A stretch of DNA of 64,000 nt, taken from positions 494 through 64,493 of the forward strand of contig CAKONC010000001.1 in the NCBI GenBank assembly GCA_934096985.1, given 5' to 3'. Shown here one piece after another: positions 56,439 to 64,000 of the stretch (position 1 is its first letter; every line of letters starts with the position of its first letter). The translations under genes were made by a program, and so were the position numbers. The notes beneath the pieces are model-generated. The model had not been told where the DNA came from, did no database searches, and saw only the letters and a program-made list of their open reading frames with translations. This DNA comes from an uncultured Bacilli bacterium. GTDB taxonomy: Bacteria; Bacillota_I; Bacilli_A; RF39; UBA660.

Positions 56439-58856
56439 ATGAGCGGTATTAAAAAAATAACCGATGAAGTTAAATCGGCTGTAGCTAAGAGTGTTGAGCC
56501 TATGAAAAATCTAACTACTCAAGCAAAAGATATGGCTAGTAAAAGTGCTTCTAGCGTATCACAAATGAAAGCTCAAATGAAAGGATATAGTAATTCTATT
56601 CAAGAAACAGCTAAACAACAAGAATATTTAAAATCAAAAATAGAAGATTTAAAATATTTGTTATCTCAAGCTGATATGGGGTTTGAAGTTGGTGATACTT
56701 TAAAGATTGAAGCTGATATTGAAAAACTTGAAAATAGATTAAAAAAACTACAAAATCAAGGAAGAAACACTGGAGAAGAAATTTCTAGTGCTTTTGATAA
56801 AATAAAAGCTAAAATAAAAAGTGCTGGAACACATATAGCTAGTTTAGGAAGTAAATTTAAAGCCACTTTATCAAGTAGCAAAGGCTTAGGTAAAAGTTTT
56901 ACTTCAACATTTAATAATGGAATAAAATCCATAAAAAGATTTGCTATGGGATTACTAAGCGTTAGAACAGCGGTTAGTATGGTTAGTAAAGCTATGCAAT
57001 CATATTTAAGTTATGATACACAATTAAGCAATTCTATTCAAAATTGTTGGAATGTTCTAGGAAGTCTATTAGCACCAATATTAGAGTTTGTTATTAGTTT
57101 ATTTTCAAAAGCTGTAAGCTATGTAAATGCTTTTGTTGAAGCTCTTACAGGAATAAATCTTGTTGCAAGAGCTAATAAAAAAGCCTTGGATAGTCAAGCT
57201 AAATCAACTAAAAAATTAAGTGATACTCAATCTAGTTTAGATGAGTTCCATACTGTCAGCACCGATACTGGATCAGGTAATGACAACAAGCCTATAACTG
57301 TAGAGCCTGTAGATATGGATAAACTTGATTTTCTTTTTGATTGGATTGATAAAGCTAAAAAATTATTAGCTACTTTATTTGATCCAATAAAAGAAGCTTG
57401 GGATAACAAAGGTAAAGCTTTTATAGATAGTTTAAAAAATGCTTTTGAGGGTATAAAAAGTCTAGGAATAGCTGTATTTAGTTCTATATTTGAAGTATGG
57501 ACTAATGGTACAGGACAAAAAATAGTCGAAAATATCTTAGAAATGTGGACTAATGTATTCAATATTGTTGGAGCTTTATCTCAGGCTCTAGCTAATGCTT
57601 GGAATAACGCTGGAAATGGAACAGCAATAATTCAAGCTATAGCTGATATATTTATAGGCATACAAGATATTGTTAATAGTATAGCTAATTCTTTATTGAA
57701 TTGGGTTATGAGTGATAATTTCCAAAGTGCTTTAAATGTAGTATTAGGTATTTTAGCTGATTTATTTGGATATGCTCAAGAAATTATGGCTTGGGCAGTG
57801 ACAATGTATGAAACTTATTTAGCTCCAGTAGTTGATAAAGTTTTAGATTGTATATCAAGAATAATTATAGCTATTGGCTCAGTATGGGAGTTCTTAAAAC
57901 CAATAATAGATACAATTATCGATGTAATTATGAATGTACTAGAACCTGTTATTGATGGTTTGTGCGGAATAATAGGTGGTATCATTGACGCACTAAGTGG
58001 CGTAATGGACTTTATTACAGGAGTATTTACTGGTGATTGGAGTAAAGCTTGGGAGGGTTTAAAAACTTTCTTAGGTGGAATAATAGACGCTGTAGCTTCT
58101 TTATTCACTGGTTTATTTAATACTATAAGAGCAATATTTAAAGGTGCTTGGGATATTATAGTGTCCATATGGTCAGTAGTAAGCACTTGGTTTAATAATG
58201 CTGTTATTAAGCCTTTAGCTAATCTATTTAATGGTATATGGAATACTATGAAGAATGGAGCTCAAAACGCTTGGAATGGTATTAAAAATATCTTCTCATC
58301 AGTGGCAACATTCTTTAAAAACATATTTAGTAATGCTTGGAATGGTGTAAAAAATATATTCTCTAGTGGTGGAAGAATCTTTAGTGGTATTAAAGATGGT
58401 ATATTCAATGCGTTTAGGTCAGTAGTTAATACTTTAATAGCTGGTATAAACAAAGTTGTTTCTATACCATTTAATGCAATAAATGGAGCTTTAAAGACTG
58501 TCAGGGATATATCATTCTTGGGAATAGAACCATTTAAAGGATTGATAAAACTTGTAAATGTTCCACAAATACCTAGCCTAGAAACCGGAGGCGTACTAGA
58601 TAAAGAAACTATAGTAAGGGTTGCTGAATATTCTAATGCAAGATCCAATCCGGAAATTGTATCTCCAAGAGATATGATGAAAGAAACTATGAAAGAAGCT
58701 CTTGAAGAATCTAATATGAATAATACTTCTCAAAAGGTAGATGTAAATATTACTGGAAAACTAACCGCTGATGGTGATGATTTAGTATATGTTTATGATA
58801 AAAATAAGAAAGACAAAGGTTATGATGGTGGAAAAAATCCATCATTTGCTTATTAA
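56439..58856 (+). CDS. tail tape measure protein
   Basis: 805 aa, coiled-coil N-terminus, Gly/Ala/Ile-rich hydrophobic repeats. The frame is open from 56385 with no canonical start there. Confidence 0.8.
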   Translation: MSGIKKITDEVKSAVAKSVEPMKNLTTQAKDMASKSASSVSQMKAQMKGYSNSIQETAKQQEYLKSKIEDLKYLLSQADMGFEVGDTLKIEADIEKLENRLKKLQNQGRNTGEEISSAFDKIKAKIKSAGTHIASLGSKFKATLSSSKGLGKSFTSTFNNGIKSIKRFAMGLLSVRTAVSMVSKAMQSYLSYDTQLSNSIQNCWNVLGSLLAPILEFVISLFSKAVSYVNAFVEALTGINLVARANKKALDSQAKSTKKLSDTQSSLDEFHTVSTDTGSGNDNKPITVEPVDMDKLDFLFDWIDKAKKLLATLFDPIKEAWDNKGKAFIDSLKNAFEGIKSLGIAVFSSIFEVWTNGTGQKIVENILEMWTNVFNIVGALSQALANAWNNAGNGTAIIQAIADIFIGIQDIVNSIANSLLNWVMSDNFQSALNVVLGILADLFGYAQEIMAWAVTMYETYLAPVVDKVLDCISRIIIAIGSVWEFLKPIIDTIIDVIMNVLEPVIDGLCGIIGGIIDALSGVMDFITGVFTGDWSKAWEGLKTFLGGIIDAVASLFTGLFNTIRAIFKGAWDIIVSIWSVVSTWFNNAVIKPLANLFNGIWNTMKNGAQNAWNGIKNIFSSVATFFKNIFSNAWNGVKNIFSSGGRIFSGIKDGIFNAFRSVVNTLIAGINKVVSIPFNAINGALKTVRDISFLGIEPFKGLIKLVNVPQIPSLETGGVLDKETIVRVAEYSNARSNPEIVSPRDMMKETMKEALEESNMNNTSQKVDVNITGKLTADGDDLVYVYDKNKKDKGYDGGKNPSFAY

Positions 58857-58869
58857 GGAGGGATAACTA

Positions 58870-59271
58870 ATGATAAAAAAAGGTAAAAATCCATTGTTTT
58901 TATTTAATGGTGAAGCTCTTCCTAGTAATCCTCAAGTAGGATATTTAGAAGAAAATGAACAATTAGTAAAAGGTACTCGTAATACTAGAGGACAAACAAT
59001 AGCTCAACCTATAAATAGGAGAATAAATAAGTTTAATAACATAGTCTTTCCTATTTTAACTTTAGAAGATTATAATTGGTTGAAAAAGAAAGTAGCTAAT
59101 TTTGAAGTTCTTTTAACTTATTATGATAGTGATGAACTTGATGTTGTTATTCGTAGGTTTTACTTTGGAAATTTGAGTGGTGAACCTAGTAAATGGGAAA
59201 ACTATCAGTCAGTACAAAAACCTATTGAATATAAAAATGTTAAAGTAAACATTATTGATATGGGGTATTAG
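58870..59271 (+). CDS. tail component (distal-tail region, by position)
   Basis: 133 aa directly after the tape measure. Confidence 0.4.
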   Translation: MIKKGKNPLFLFNGEALPSNPQVGYLEENEQLVKGTRNTRGQTIAQPINRRINKFNNIVFPILTLEDYNWLKKKVANFEVLLTYYDSDELDVVIRRFYFGNLSGEPSKWENYQSVQKPIEYKNVKVNIIDMGY

Positions 59272-59274
59272 ATT

Positions 59275-61056
59275 ATGGCAAGTAAAAATATGATTGAACA
59301 ACTTAAAAAACCTAAGAGAAATCTTGGGTTTTTGAAAGTTAAATTTAATATAGTGGATCCGGAAACTAATCCGGACTTATCAAGTAATAGTGAAGAGATA
59401 TTTAGTGACTTAGATAATATCAAAGAAACAACAATACCTCAATCTAAAAATTATGCTACACTTGAAAAAAACTTTTGGCTTCTTAATGATAGTCAGCCAA
59501 TATATGGTAGTGAAGAACTTGAACAAACTTATGTGAGTTCTTATATGAGTGATAAAAATTGTTTGTTTAGTGATAAAGCTTGTATAACTCTTACATCAAG
59601 CGTTTACTTAACTACTTTAGGACTTACAATGGTTTTTGATAGTATTGATAAAAACTATGCAAAAAAACTAAAGGTAAAAGCATATAGAGATAGCACTATG
59701 ATTATGGATAAAGATTATACTTTGAGTAGTTATAGTGATAGATTAATTTTTGCTGATAATGAAGAGTTAGTTAGATGGAATAAAATTGAAATATATTTTA
59801 TAGAATCTAGTTTACCTTATAGGAGAATAAGAGTAAATCAATTACTATTTGGTATTATGGAAACATATACCGATGAGAACTTAATTAGTGCTGAAAGTAA
59901 AGAAAAAACAACAATGATAAACTCGGAGCTTCCTACTCATACATTTAAGTTTACTATTGATAATATGAATAAATTGTTTAATCCTGATAATCCACAAGGC
60001 TGGTATAGATATATATTACAGCAACAACCTATTTCTTATGAATGGGGCTATCAATTAGACGATGGAACTATTGAATGGATATTAGGTGGAAAAATGCTTC
60101 TTACTGGTTCGGTAGAGGTTGGAGAAAATCAAGTATCATTTAGTACGACTTCACTTATCAATTATCTTACTAAAGTATATAAAAAAGGAGTGTATAATTC
60201 TAGTGGTAGAAGTTTGTATGATTTGGCGGTAGATGTATTAGAAGATAGTAATATAGATAGTAGCCAATATAATTTATGGAGTGGCTTAAAGTCGATTAAG
60301 ACTGACGCACCTTTACCTAAATTAGAAGCTAGACAATTACTTCAAATAATAGCAACTACTGGAAATTGTATTTTATTTACTAATAGAGAGAATGTTATAA
60401 ATATTCAACCTTTTAACTATGTATTAAATCCTGATGGAATGAGTTATGATTTTATTACTAGCAATCCTGTAGTTAAAGTACAAAGTGAGTTACATAATAC
60501 TATCATATATATAAATCATTATTCTAAGGAAGATAATGTAAGTGAATTGTTTAAAAATGAATCTTTAGAGATAACAGGAACAAAGACTATTGAAATAGAA
60601 TATGACTTAGCAACTGACATATCAGCTACTATAACAGGCGGAACTATTGTTAGTGCTAATTATTATGGTAGATATGCAATGTTAAAAATTACTAATACTG
60701 GTGAAGATACAATATCTTTAAAAGTATCAGGTAAGAAAATAAATAATAGTCAAACAATAGATTCAAAAAAATTTAATGATGATGGTGAGAATATTGAATA
60801 TAAAAACGATTTGATTACTCAAATGGTTGAAAGCTCAAAAGAAACTAAATTAAAAGACTTTATAGGAAACTGGTACAACAATAGAAATATTTACTCTTTT
60901 GAAAATAGAGGAGATATTGTAAAAGATACTAGAGAGATTATTCCTATAGAAACTGACTTTAGTAATAGTTTAATTGGTTATTTAGTAGAAAACAATATAA
61001 ACTATGATGGAGCTTGGTCTGGTAATAGTGTAGTAGTAAAAGTAGGTGATAACTAA
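59275..61056 (+). CDS. tail/baseplate structural protein
   Basis: 593 aa, by position. Confidence 0.45.
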   Translation: MASKNMIEQLKKPKRNLGFLKVKFNIVDPETNPDLSSNSEEIFSDLDNIKETTIPQSKNYATLEKNFWLLNDSQPIYGSEELEQTYVSSYMSDKNCLFSDKACITLTSSVYLTTLGLTMVFDSIDKNYAKKLKVKAYRDSTMIMDKDYTLSSYSDRLIFADNEELVRWNKIEIYFIESSLPYRRIRVNQLLFGIMETYTDENLISAESKEKTTMINSELPTHTFKFTIDNMNKLFNPDNPQGWYRYILQQQPISYEWGYQLDDGTIEWILGGKMLLTGSVEVGENQVSFSTTSLINYLTKVYKKGVYNSSGRSLYDLAVDVLEDSNIDSSQYNLWSGLKSIKTDAPLPKLEARQLLQIIATTGNCILFTNRENVINIQPFNYVLNPDGMSYDFITSNPVVKVQSELHNTIIYINHYSKEDNVSELFKNESLEITGTKTIEIEYDLATDISATITGGTIVSANYYGRYAMLKITNTGEDTISLKVSGKKINNSQTIDSKKFNDDGENIEYKNDLITQMVESSKETKLKDFIGNWYNNRNIYSFENRGDIVKDTREIIPIETDFSNSLIGYLVENNINYDGAWSGNSVVVKVGDN

Positions 61057-61595
61057 TGGCGTGGATAGATCCTATATATGATAGAACACAAGCTGATGTT
61101 GATTTAATAAAATTAGATCCAACTAATAGCAATAATAAAGGTGCTTATAATTATACTGACTTAAATAGAATAGAAAGTAATTGTGAATATATAATGAATC
61201 TACTAAATAATAGTGATTTATTTTATTATCCAATCAATATAGAAGTAAAAACTGATTGGAATGTTAAAGACATACCTCACATTAAAGATATAAATAGAAT
61301 AAGACAAAATATTCTAACTTTAAAAAATGGTATGAATCTAGGTGAAGAATATAAAGAAATAGAATTTAGTAAAACAATGGATTATATTAAAGCTAATATT
61401 CTTGAAAAAGATTTAACTTTAATAAAAGGTATTATTGATTCTTGTATGAGAGAATTAAGAAAGTGTAATACTTTCTATTGTGGAGCTAATGGTATTGGTT
61501 TGTATGCTAAGCCTGATAATCAAGAGCCTGTCGGCTTTGTAAAAATAAAACAATATGCAGGTTTGATATATTGTGGAGAGGAGTTTAGTTTATGA
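61056..61595 (+). CDS. tail-associated protein
   Basis: ATGA-type overlaps on both sides. Confidence 0.35.
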   Translation: MAWIDPIYDRTQADVDLIKLDPTNSNNKGAYNYTDLNRIESNCEYIMNLLNNSDLFYYPINIEVKTDWNVKDIPHIKDINRIRQNILTLKNGMNLGEEYKEIEFSKTMDYIKANILEKDLTLIKGIIDSCMRELRKCNTFYCGANGIGLYAKPDNQEPVGFVKIKQYAGLIYCGEEFSL

Positions 61596-63136
61596 AACAA
61601 TATAATAAAACGAATTGGAAAGATAGAATAGTTCAATTTCCTAATAGATATAAAGACCAAGATAACAATATTATAACTTTAACTCAAGATCCGGGCGAAG
61701 TTGCTCAAGATGGAACTCTTGTAGAAGCTGAGAAGATGAATAATATTGAAAATGGAATTGAAGAATCATTTAAAAATAGAGATTTTGGATATTCTACTAC
61801 TTTACTCGTGGCTAACTGGACTAAAAACACTAATACAGGATACTACGAATATGATATAATAAATGAGGACATTACAGCTCAAACTATTGTTGATGGAATG
61901 TTGGATATTGAAAATCAAGCTAAACTAAATATTGCTTATACTTTATCTTATACAGGTGGATTTAAAGTAATAACTACTGAATTACCTAATGAAGATATAG
62001 ATATAACTTTCAAATATTCATTGTTGAATAGTGATGATGAAAATTTAGTAGCAAGAGGAACAATAAATGTTAGTGCTATTGATACTAAAAATATAAATAA
62101 AATATATGGTATTAAAAGGTCATTAACTACATCGTCATCAGCTTGGGAGAGAATAAAAGACGCTGTGGGACTTGTAGCTAACGCTCAAGTAGGAACAACG
62201 CCTGTAAGAAATGATTTTGATGAAATTTATCCGTGGAGTGATATAATTTCGTACAATTATGATATAACAGCTAAGCAAATAACCGCCTATTATGGTGATC
62301 CAACCTTTAAATTTGATGGTTCAAATGGTGATGTATTTACCAAGATACCTGAATTTTATTGGAAAAGATATAGAGATGAAAATTATGAATATATTTTAAT
62401 CTCAAAAAATAAATTAGCTGGTTATATTAAAAGTGAAGAGTTTTCGGTTGGTAGATATACTATGTCAGGTAGTGAATCAAGAGTTTATAGTAGAAGTGGA
62501 TACGCACCATTCACAAATAAAACTATTACAAACTTTAGAAGTTATGCAAGAAGTTTAGGAGCCGGATTCGGTCAAATGGACTGGCACTATTTTATCTTAC
62601 AAATGCTTTACTTAGTAGAATATGCTGACTATAATAGTCAATCTAAACTTGGTTTAGGTTATACTAATGGCTCTCACACAGCACCAATAAATAGTGGTGG
62701 TTGTGATGTACTGGGTATGAAGTCAGGAAGCAAAGACGGAACTGATAATACTTCTATGATTTATAGAGGTATTGAAGATATATTCGGTAATATATGGCAA
62801 TTTGTTGATGGAATCAATATTAAAGATAGAAAAGCTTATATTTGCTATGATTCTAATAAATATGCTGTAGATACATTTAGTGGTAGTTATAAAGCTTTAG
62901 GTTATACTAATGCAACCGCTAATGGATTTGCTTCTAAGCTAGGATATGATTCCGCTAATCCTATGGTAGCGTTAGCTACTGAATCAGCTGGAAGTAGTGA
63001 TACTAATATGTGTGATTATTATTACCAAGCTGAGGGAGATAGGATTGCTCTTGTCGGCTTGTGGTTTTGGTGGTTTGCTGGTACTTCCTCTTATTTTGGT
63101 ATTGCGACCGGTGCTCGACTTCTTAGAAACCAGTAA
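61592..63136 (+). CDS. receptor-binding tail fibre with FGE-sulfatase/C-type-lectin-like C-terminal domain
   Basis: YRGIEDIFGNIWQFVDG resembles the FGE-family GNVWEW motif. C-terminus ALVG..LWFWW....SS.....GARLL is the first unit of the downstream cassette array. Confidence 0.6.
   Translation: MKQYNKTNWKDRIVQFPNRYKDQDNNIITLTQDPGEVAQDGTLVEAEKMNNIENGIEESFKNRDFGYSTTLLVANWTKNTNTGYYEYDIINEDITAQTIVDGMLDIENQAKLNIAYTLSYTGGFKVITTELPNEDIDITFKYSLLNSDDENLVARGTINVSAIDTKNINKIYGIKRSLTTSSSAWERIKDAVGLVANAQVGTTPVRNDFDEIYPWSDIISYNYDITAKQITAYYGDPTFKFDGSNGDVFTKIPEFYWKRYRDENYEYILISKNKLAGYIKSEEFSVGRYTMSGSESRVYSRSGYAPFTNKTITNFRSYARSLGAGFGQMDWHYFILQMLYLVEYADYNSQSKLGLGYTNGSHTAPINSGGCDVLGMKSGSKDGTDNTSMIYRGIEDIFGNIWQFVDGINIKDRKAYICYDSNKYAVDTFSGSYKALGYTNATANGFASKLGYDSANPMVALATESAGSSDTNMCDYYYQAEGDRIALVGLWFWWFAGTSSYFGIATGARLLRNQ
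63050..63125 (+). repeat. cassette copy 0 (expressed, VR-like), 60 nt between anchors
   Basis: CTTGTCGGC at 63050 and GGTGCTCGACTTCTTA at 63110. Encodes LVGLWFWWFAGTSSYFGIATGARLL. Confidence 0.8.
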
Positions 63137-63137
63137 A

Positions 63138-63191
63138 GTGGGGGTTTGGGGGCGACCAGCCTCCCATAAAAAGAATCGACTTTAGTCGATT
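63138..63191 (+). promoter_or_regulatory. GC-rich element + 7-bp/4-nt-loop hairpin just after the fibre stop (IMH/cruciform-like)
   Basis: GTGGGGGTTTGGGGGCGACCAGCCTCCC (63138-65), then AATCGAC-TTTA-GTCGATT (63174-91). Absent after copies 1-4. Confidence 0.4.
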
Positions 63192-63259
63192 ATAAAAATA
63201 AAATTACCTTATTGGGAATGATGTGTAGTTGAGTAGATGTCCTTTGTTTTGCTGATTTT

Positions 63260-63365
63260 CTTGTCGGCGGTCAGTGGAGAAGTGATTTTGAAGATGGGTT
63301 GTTTGCTTCTAGTTGGAGTGCTACTTCCGGTCTTACCACTACCGACATCGGTGCTCGACTTCTTA
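63260..63365 (+). repeat. silent cassette copy 1
   Basis: Anchors at 63260 and 63350 (90 nt apart). In-frame LVGGQWRSDFEDGLFASSWSATSGLTTTDIGARLL. Confidence 0.8.
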
Positions 63366-63426
63366 TAAGGGATTTGATGTGTTTTGTACCGGTTTGTAGT
63401 TCTAGCTACTTGTTGGTTTCTTTGCT

Positions 63427-63532
63427 CTTGTCGGCGGTAATTGGAACAACACTTCCAAGGCTGGCTTGTGGTATTGGAATTTCAATAACGCTTCCTCTAA
63501 TATGTGGACTACCATCGGTGCTCGACTACTTA
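63427..63532 (+). repeat. silent cassette copy 2 (Asn-codon rich)
   Basis: Anchors at 63427 and 63517 (90 nt apart). LVGGNWNNTSKAGLWYWNFNNASSNMWTTIGARLL. Confidence 0.8.
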
Positions 63533-63585
63533 GTTTAATAATGGGACTTGATGTGTAAGAGTACTGGCTTGCTATGAGCTTTGCT

Positions 63586-63691
63586 CTTGTCGGCGGTATG
63601 TATTGGGACACTTTGACTTGTGGCTTGTGGTATTGGGCTTTAGATCATACTTCGTCCTATGTTTATTCCGATACCGGTGCTCGACTTCTTA
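63586..63691 (+). repeat. silent cassette copy 3
   Basis: Anchors at 63586 and 63676 (90 nt apart). LVGGMYWDTLTCGLWYWALDHTSSYVYSDTGARLL. Confidence 0.8.
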
Positions 63692-63740
63692 TTTATAGGG
63701 AAATGATGTGTATGAGAGTGCCTGTCATACTTCCAATCAT

Positions 63741-63846
63741 CTTGTCGGCGGTAGATATGGTCTTGGTTTACCGGCTGGCTTGTGGTGTTGGACTATGAAC
63801 AATACTTCGTCTAATGTTGCTGTCAATATCGGTGCTCGACTTATTA
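63741..63846 (+). repeat. silent cassette copy 4
   Basis: Anchors at 63741 and 63831 (90 nt apart). LVGGRYGLGLPAGLWCWTMNNTSSNVAVNIGARLI. Confidence 0.8.
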
Positions 63847-63916
63847 TATTAAGATACTCATTATGGGATTTGATGTGTTTTGTGCTGGTGTTTTTCTCTT
63901 TGTATATACTTTTGCT

Positions 63917-64000
63917 CTTGTCGGCGGTGCTTTTGATGGTACACTTTCTTATGTCGGCTTGTGGTATTGGTGGTTTGCTGAAACTTCCTCTTATTATGGT
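63917..64000 (+). repeat. cassette copy 5 (TR-like relative to copy 0), truncated by window end
   Basis: LVGGAFDGTLSYVGLWYWWFAETSSYYG... Identical to copy 0 over 48 nt except at 4 positions, all A in copy 5. Confidence 0.75.

Larger units (their letters stand above)
31106..64000. mobile_element. siphovirus-type temperate prophage, right end beyond window
   Basis: The gene order is integrase, cI/cro, replication, terminase, portal, capsid, tail, fibre. Almost all genes lie on the + strand. The left boundary is inferred just downstream of int. Confidence 0.85.

Noticed and set aside
1005-58648. Many antisense ORFs nested inside larger genes: 1005..1298, 3249..3434, 5848..6108, 6154..6486, 7272..7463, 14095..14484, 19541..19786, 20995..21243, 21355..21561, 22601..22786, 27131..27370, 28346..28528, 29119..29325, 31506..31688, 32731..32931, 37114..37305, 44506..44727, 44810..45097, 45660..45938, 48559..48753, 52031..52351, 54491..54682, 55495..55737, 57227..57562, 57815..58186, 58262..58648.
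   Set aside because: Each is fully or mostly contained in a longer, motif-supported gene on the opposite strand. Their compositions are Ile/Leu/Phe/Ser-rich, typical of antisense reading of AT-rich coding DNA, and none has an RBS.
63138-63152. G-quadruplex from the GGGGG TTT GGGGG runs.
   Set aside because: Only two G-runs are present, whereas an intramolecular quadruplex needs four.
62997-63798. Track ORFs 62997..63185, 63299..63538, 63574..63798 (+) and 63402..63611 (-).
   Set aside because: They are off-frame or read-through translations of the cassette repeats (Leu/Val/Cys-rich nonsense). They lack RBSs and cross cassette boundaries out of frame.
63008-64000. Could the repeat array be a CRISPR array?
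   Set aside because: The repeats are derived from the coding sequence of the adjacent gene and have several separate conserved blocks rather than one uniform repeat. The periods vary (155-213 nt), there is no palindromic repeat structure, and there are no cas genes.

Overview
The window is AT-rich, low-GC Firmicutes DNA; the taxon cannot be fixed from sequence alone. It shows Bacilli/Erysipelotrichia-like synteny plus sporulation markers (CotD-like, SigH-like). It has two parts.

(1) 1 to ~31.1 kb is ordinary chromosome. It carries scpA-scpB, asnB, murE, tRNA-Leu, cca, dnaD-nth, convergent ponA-recU, gpsB and RNase P RNA, then rodZ-like and pgsA. After these come assorted housekeeping and unknown genes, rpoZ, tRNA-Ala, tRNA-Thr, rlmB-sigH, tRNA-His, a cysteine desulfurase with thioredoxin-like genes, and a GH25 lipoprotein.

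(2) ~31.1 kb to the window end is a siphovirus-type prophage, truncated at 64000. In order it encodes:
- integrase, a bPH 'moron' and the cI/cro switch;
- a replication/recombination module;
- an MT-A70 methylase;
- a Pnkp-like kinase-phosphatase-RNA ligase with a pol-beta nucleotidyltransferase;
- an ArpU-like regulator and a structured late leader;
- terS/terL, portal, and a MuF protein with a toxin-like C-terminus and small partner;
- capsid and tail genes with a gpG/gpGT -1 frameshift site, and the tape measure;
- a receptor-binding fibre with an FGE/C-type-lectin-like C-terminus.

The most unusual signal is at 63.0-64.0 kb. The last ~30 codons of the fibre gene are followed by at least five promoterless, head-to-tail, frame-preserving variant cassettes. 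The expressed copy differs from the last visible cassette only at that cassette's adenines, which is a diversity-generating-retroelement (DGR)-like signature. It is also followed by a GC-rich element and a hairpin. No reverse transcriptase or Avd lies inside the window, so the mechanism (DGR, cassette gene conversion, or both) remains open.
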